NCBI RefSeq assembly: GCF_006345805.1
Contig: NC_043020.1
Location: forward strand, 15,190,001-15,254,000
Length of the DNA: 64,000 nt
Direction: 5' to 3'
Source: Octopus sinensis
Lineage: Eukaryota
The position numbers were made by a program, and so were the translations under genes. Shown piece after piece: positions 60,422 to 64,000 of this stretch (positions within the stretch are counted from its first letter, which is position 1; the number at the start of each line of letters is the position of its first letter). Below the pieces are notes generated by a model. That model was given only the letters and a program-made list of their open reading frames with translations. It was not told the origin of the DNA and did no database searches.

Positions 60422-63400
60422 CTTTTCTGGTCATTTTTAATTACTCCCACTATATCTTGTATGCCAGTATGTCAATAGATTCTTCTTCCCCCTTTGGTAA
60501 TCCGTTCTTGCTGAGGGCATTGAATCAAATGCAGTTTCCTTTTCTCTGCTTCTCTAGCTTAACACAGCTCTGTGTTTCCTCTGTGTCATTATTGAAAATA
60601 GTTTAAGTCGATTACAGCCAATGCCTTTCTAGTCACTTTTAATCACTCCTTCTATGTCTTGACGTTCAAGTGATGCTAGTCTGTCTGTAGTTTCTTTCTC
60701 TGCTTGCTATGTTCCTGCAGTTTTGATATCTGACAAATTGTCTTGAATTTCTACAACATTGGACTGTTTACACCATTCCAGCTTTGTAGATCTCAGCTGA
60801 TGTTATAAGTGGTTGAAGAAACCCTCTCTTTCAGTACAGTGCTGATCTGTTAATCATTTGAGGTAGATCAAGCCACTTCCTGGTGTAAATATTGCATTTT
60901 TGTTCCATGATCTCTACTTTAGACAGTGTTACTCTGCATACAAGCTGGGGGTGGATGGTATAGATCAAACTGTAAAGGTGGTGAGCTGGCAGAAACGTTA
61001 GCACGCTGGGCGAAATGCTTAGCGGTATTTCGTCTGCCGTTACGTTCTGAGTTCAAATTCCACCGAGGTCGAATTTGCCTTTCATCCTTTCGGGGTCGAT
61101 TAAATAAGTACCAGTTACGCACTGGGGTCGATATGGTCGACTTAATCCGTTTATCTGTCCTTGTTTGTCCTCTCTGTGTTTAGCCCCTTGTGGGTAGTAA
61201 AGAAATAGGTATAGATCAAACTGCAAGCACCAAATCTTATAATTTGCCAAGTAGTTTTGACTTGTTGCTTTTAACCTATCTTCAGCTTGTGCCATTATCT
61301 CAACAAAGACTTAGTGTGCCATAGTCTTAAACTTACATGGGTTAGCCTTTAACTATTGGCATGGTTTCCCCTGTTATTCTGAACTTCATTTGTTTCTGCT
61401 AACCTTTGACAGATGCTTGGCTTTCTTGCTTTAAACTGTATTTTTGATCAAGTAAATAGTTCATCCAGTCTTCCGAGAACTATTTGCATACCTTTTTGGT
61501 TCCTTTGTCAGTGTTGTTATGTCATCCACAATTGCCTTCTTAGTCTGCTGATCTAAATAGCATCTCCATGACATGTAAAAACCACACAACTGATATTGTG
61601 CAGCCTGCAGCAATTCCAAGACATTGCCAGTCTGTTGTGAACCACACTCAGACACTGTTACACTTCCTCAAATCTGCAATCCTCTTCGGTGTCCAAAAAA
61701 TCTATTGCTTCTGTCACCAGTTTGTGTGGTACAGAACCATAAGCATTTGCCAGATTACACCAAACATTCAAATCCCTTATATTCTTCACAGTGTCTTGTA
61801 TTGGATCCCAGATTAAAATGTGGGTTTGACACACCGGGAAGTCTAGCCTTCTCATTCACATCTCATTCACATAGCCATCATTTTGTATAGAGATGTAGCT
61901 GTTCTTTTAGCAAGTAAGCCCATGTAAATCTTGCCATCTGCATTCAGGATTTATATTGGCCTTAACTAACCAATAAATCCTGCTTCAGTTTCCTTTGGTA
62001 AATAAATCCTTTCTGCCTTGTAGAAGCCATAAATCAGATAAACATCATGCCTGAAATGTTTAAGTAGTAGTTAAGTTTTATAATGTACTTGTACACTTTG
62101 TACGGTACACCAACACCTTCACAGATATTCCAAAGTTAGGGCGGTGAGCTGGCAGAAACGTTAGCATGCTGGGCGAAATTCTTTGCAGTATTGCGTCTGC
62201 CACTACGTTCTGAGTTCAAATTTTGCCAAGGTCAACTTTGCCTTTCATCCTTTCAGGTTCGATTAAATAAGTACCAGTTACGCACTGGGGGTCGATGTAA
62301 TCGACTTAATCCGTTTGTCTGTCCTTGTTTGTCCTCTCTGTGTTTAGCCCCTTGTGGGTAGTAAAGAAATAGAAGGTGGCGAGCTGGCAGAAACGTTAGT
62401 ACGCTGGGCGAAATGCTTAGCAGTATTGCCTCTGCTGTTATGTTCCGAGTTCAAATTCTGCCGAGGTCGACTTTGCCTTTCATCCTTTCAGGGTCGATAA
62501 ATTAAGTACCAGTTTCGCACTGGGGTCGATGTAATCAACTTAATCTGTTTGTCTGTCCTTGTTTGTCCCCTCTGTGTTTAGCCCCTTGTGGGCAGTAAAG
62601 AAATAGATATTCCAAAGCCTCTTATAGAGTTTGCCAAAAGCTGTGTTTGCTCTTCCTCTTCATGTTTTTTTAATCTCTTTATCAAGCTTGTCATCATTTG
62701 TCACTGTGGAGTGAAGATGAATGAAAACATTGACTGTCTTATTATTTTTACCTTCAAGGATACACTCTAGGCATAACCTTGATTACTACCAGAATGTGAC
62801 TGCAACAGAAGCTCCGTCTTCTTTGTGCTTATGGGGGAAGCCAAAACATCTGACTGCTGAAATAAATATATTGACAGTCTGTTGAATATCTTCAAGGGAA
62901 TTAGCAAACGGTGCACAGACATCATCATCATCATCATCATCATCATTTAGCGTCCGCTTTCCATGGTGGCATGGGTTGGACGGTGCATCTGGGGTCTGGG
63001 AAGCCAGAAGGCTGCACCAGGCCCAGTCTGATCTGGCAATGTTTCTACAGCTGGATGCCCTTCCTAACGCCAACCACTCTGAGAGTGTAGTGGGTGATTT
63101 TATGTGCCGCCGACAGGTGCCAGACGAGGCTGGCAAACGGCTATGCTCGGATGGTGTTTTTTATGTGCCACCGACACAGGTGCCAGACGAGGCTGGCAGA
63201 CGGCCACACTCGGATGGTGTTGTAAAAAATAAGTCTCTGGTAGTTTGAAAGGAAGACCTTATTTTTTCCTCTTTTTTTTCGTTTATTTCTTCTTTTTGCT
63301 TAATATGGTGCTGATTAAAGATACCACCAGAGGTGCAATTTTTCCACAGGGATCATCAACAAAGACATACTCTAGCATAACTGCAAAGAATAAAGCAAAT

Positions 63401-64000
63401 AATACTGGTGCCAACACACATTCTTGCTTTGTACTATTTGTCACTTAAAAAAAGGATGAATCATTTGAGATGTGTGTGTGTAAATATGTATGCATGCATA
63501 TGCCTGCATGTATATATATATGAATGTATGTATGTATTATGTATTTATATGTTAACATATATGTAAGTATATGTATGTATATATGTGTGTGTGTGTGTGT
63601 ATGCATGTGTATTTATATGTATGTAATGATGTGTGTATGTGTATATATACATATATCATCATCATCATCATCATCGTTTAACGCCCGCTTTCCATGCTAG
63701 CATGGGTTGGACGGTTTTGACTGAGGGTTGGCAAACCAGATGGCTGCACCAGGCTCCAATCTTGATTTGGCAGTATATCTACAGCTGGATGCCCTTCCTA
63801 ACGCCAACCACTCCGAGAGTGTAGTGGGTACTTTTTATGTGCCACCGGCACGGGGGCCAGTCAGGCGGTACAGGCAACGACCTCGCTCGAATCCTTTTAC
63901 ACATGCCACCAGCACAGGTGCCAGTAAGGCGACTTTGGTAATGATCATGCTCGAATGGTGCCCTTTTACGTGCCACTGGCACGGAAGCCAGTTGGCTGCT

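Larger units (their letters stand above)
59580..62050 (-). mobile_element. Heavily decayed HERO-like (R2/NeSL superfamily) non-LTR retrotransposon
   Basis: NLANAYGSVPHKL, GIAAGCTIS, AIVDDITTLT, LGRLDELFT*SKIQFKARK and a CCHC-like remnant (SKCR*RKIGTLQNII ... WHWTRNIVL); interrupted by a SINE and a MITE. Clade assignment from remembered motifs. Confidence 0.7.

Noticed and set aside
60106-60450. ORF with (RRLLKEKLVGI)x6
   Set aside because: 33-bp tandem expansion in a dead retrotransposon, with stops and frameshifts nearby.

Overview
AT-rich, repeat-dense eukaryotic genomic DNA, most likely octopus/coleoid cephalopod (inferred from the SINE, RTE and microsatellite content, not proven). One protein-coding gene can be built by hand on the + strand: a PGAP6/TMEM8A-family (TMEM8/myomaker, CREST superfamily) membrane protein. 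It has 10 phase-consistent GT-AG coding exons from 11926 to 47482 plus a tentative first exon near 4.2-4.3 kb. An intron hosts a tRNA-Val gene with an AAC anticodon on a Val-TAC-type body. The rest is transposon debris: RTE, CR1-like, Tx1, HERO-like and Penelope-like (PLE) retroelements, Tc1/mariner remnants, piggyBac- and hAT-type MITEs, a Gypsy-type solo LTR, four tRNA-derived SINE families and mini/microsatellites. Two unexplained structures stand out. (i) A set of PLE-type minimal hammerhead ribozyme motifs sits in or next to long inverted repeats, including a ~260-bp inverted repeat pair 3.7 kb apart with a hammerhead in each arm. (ii) One SINE family shares its 3' tail with the Tx1 LINE and forms 184-bp head-less tandem arrays, suggesting insertion into its own tRNA-like head. 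All calls were made by eye; no searches were run.
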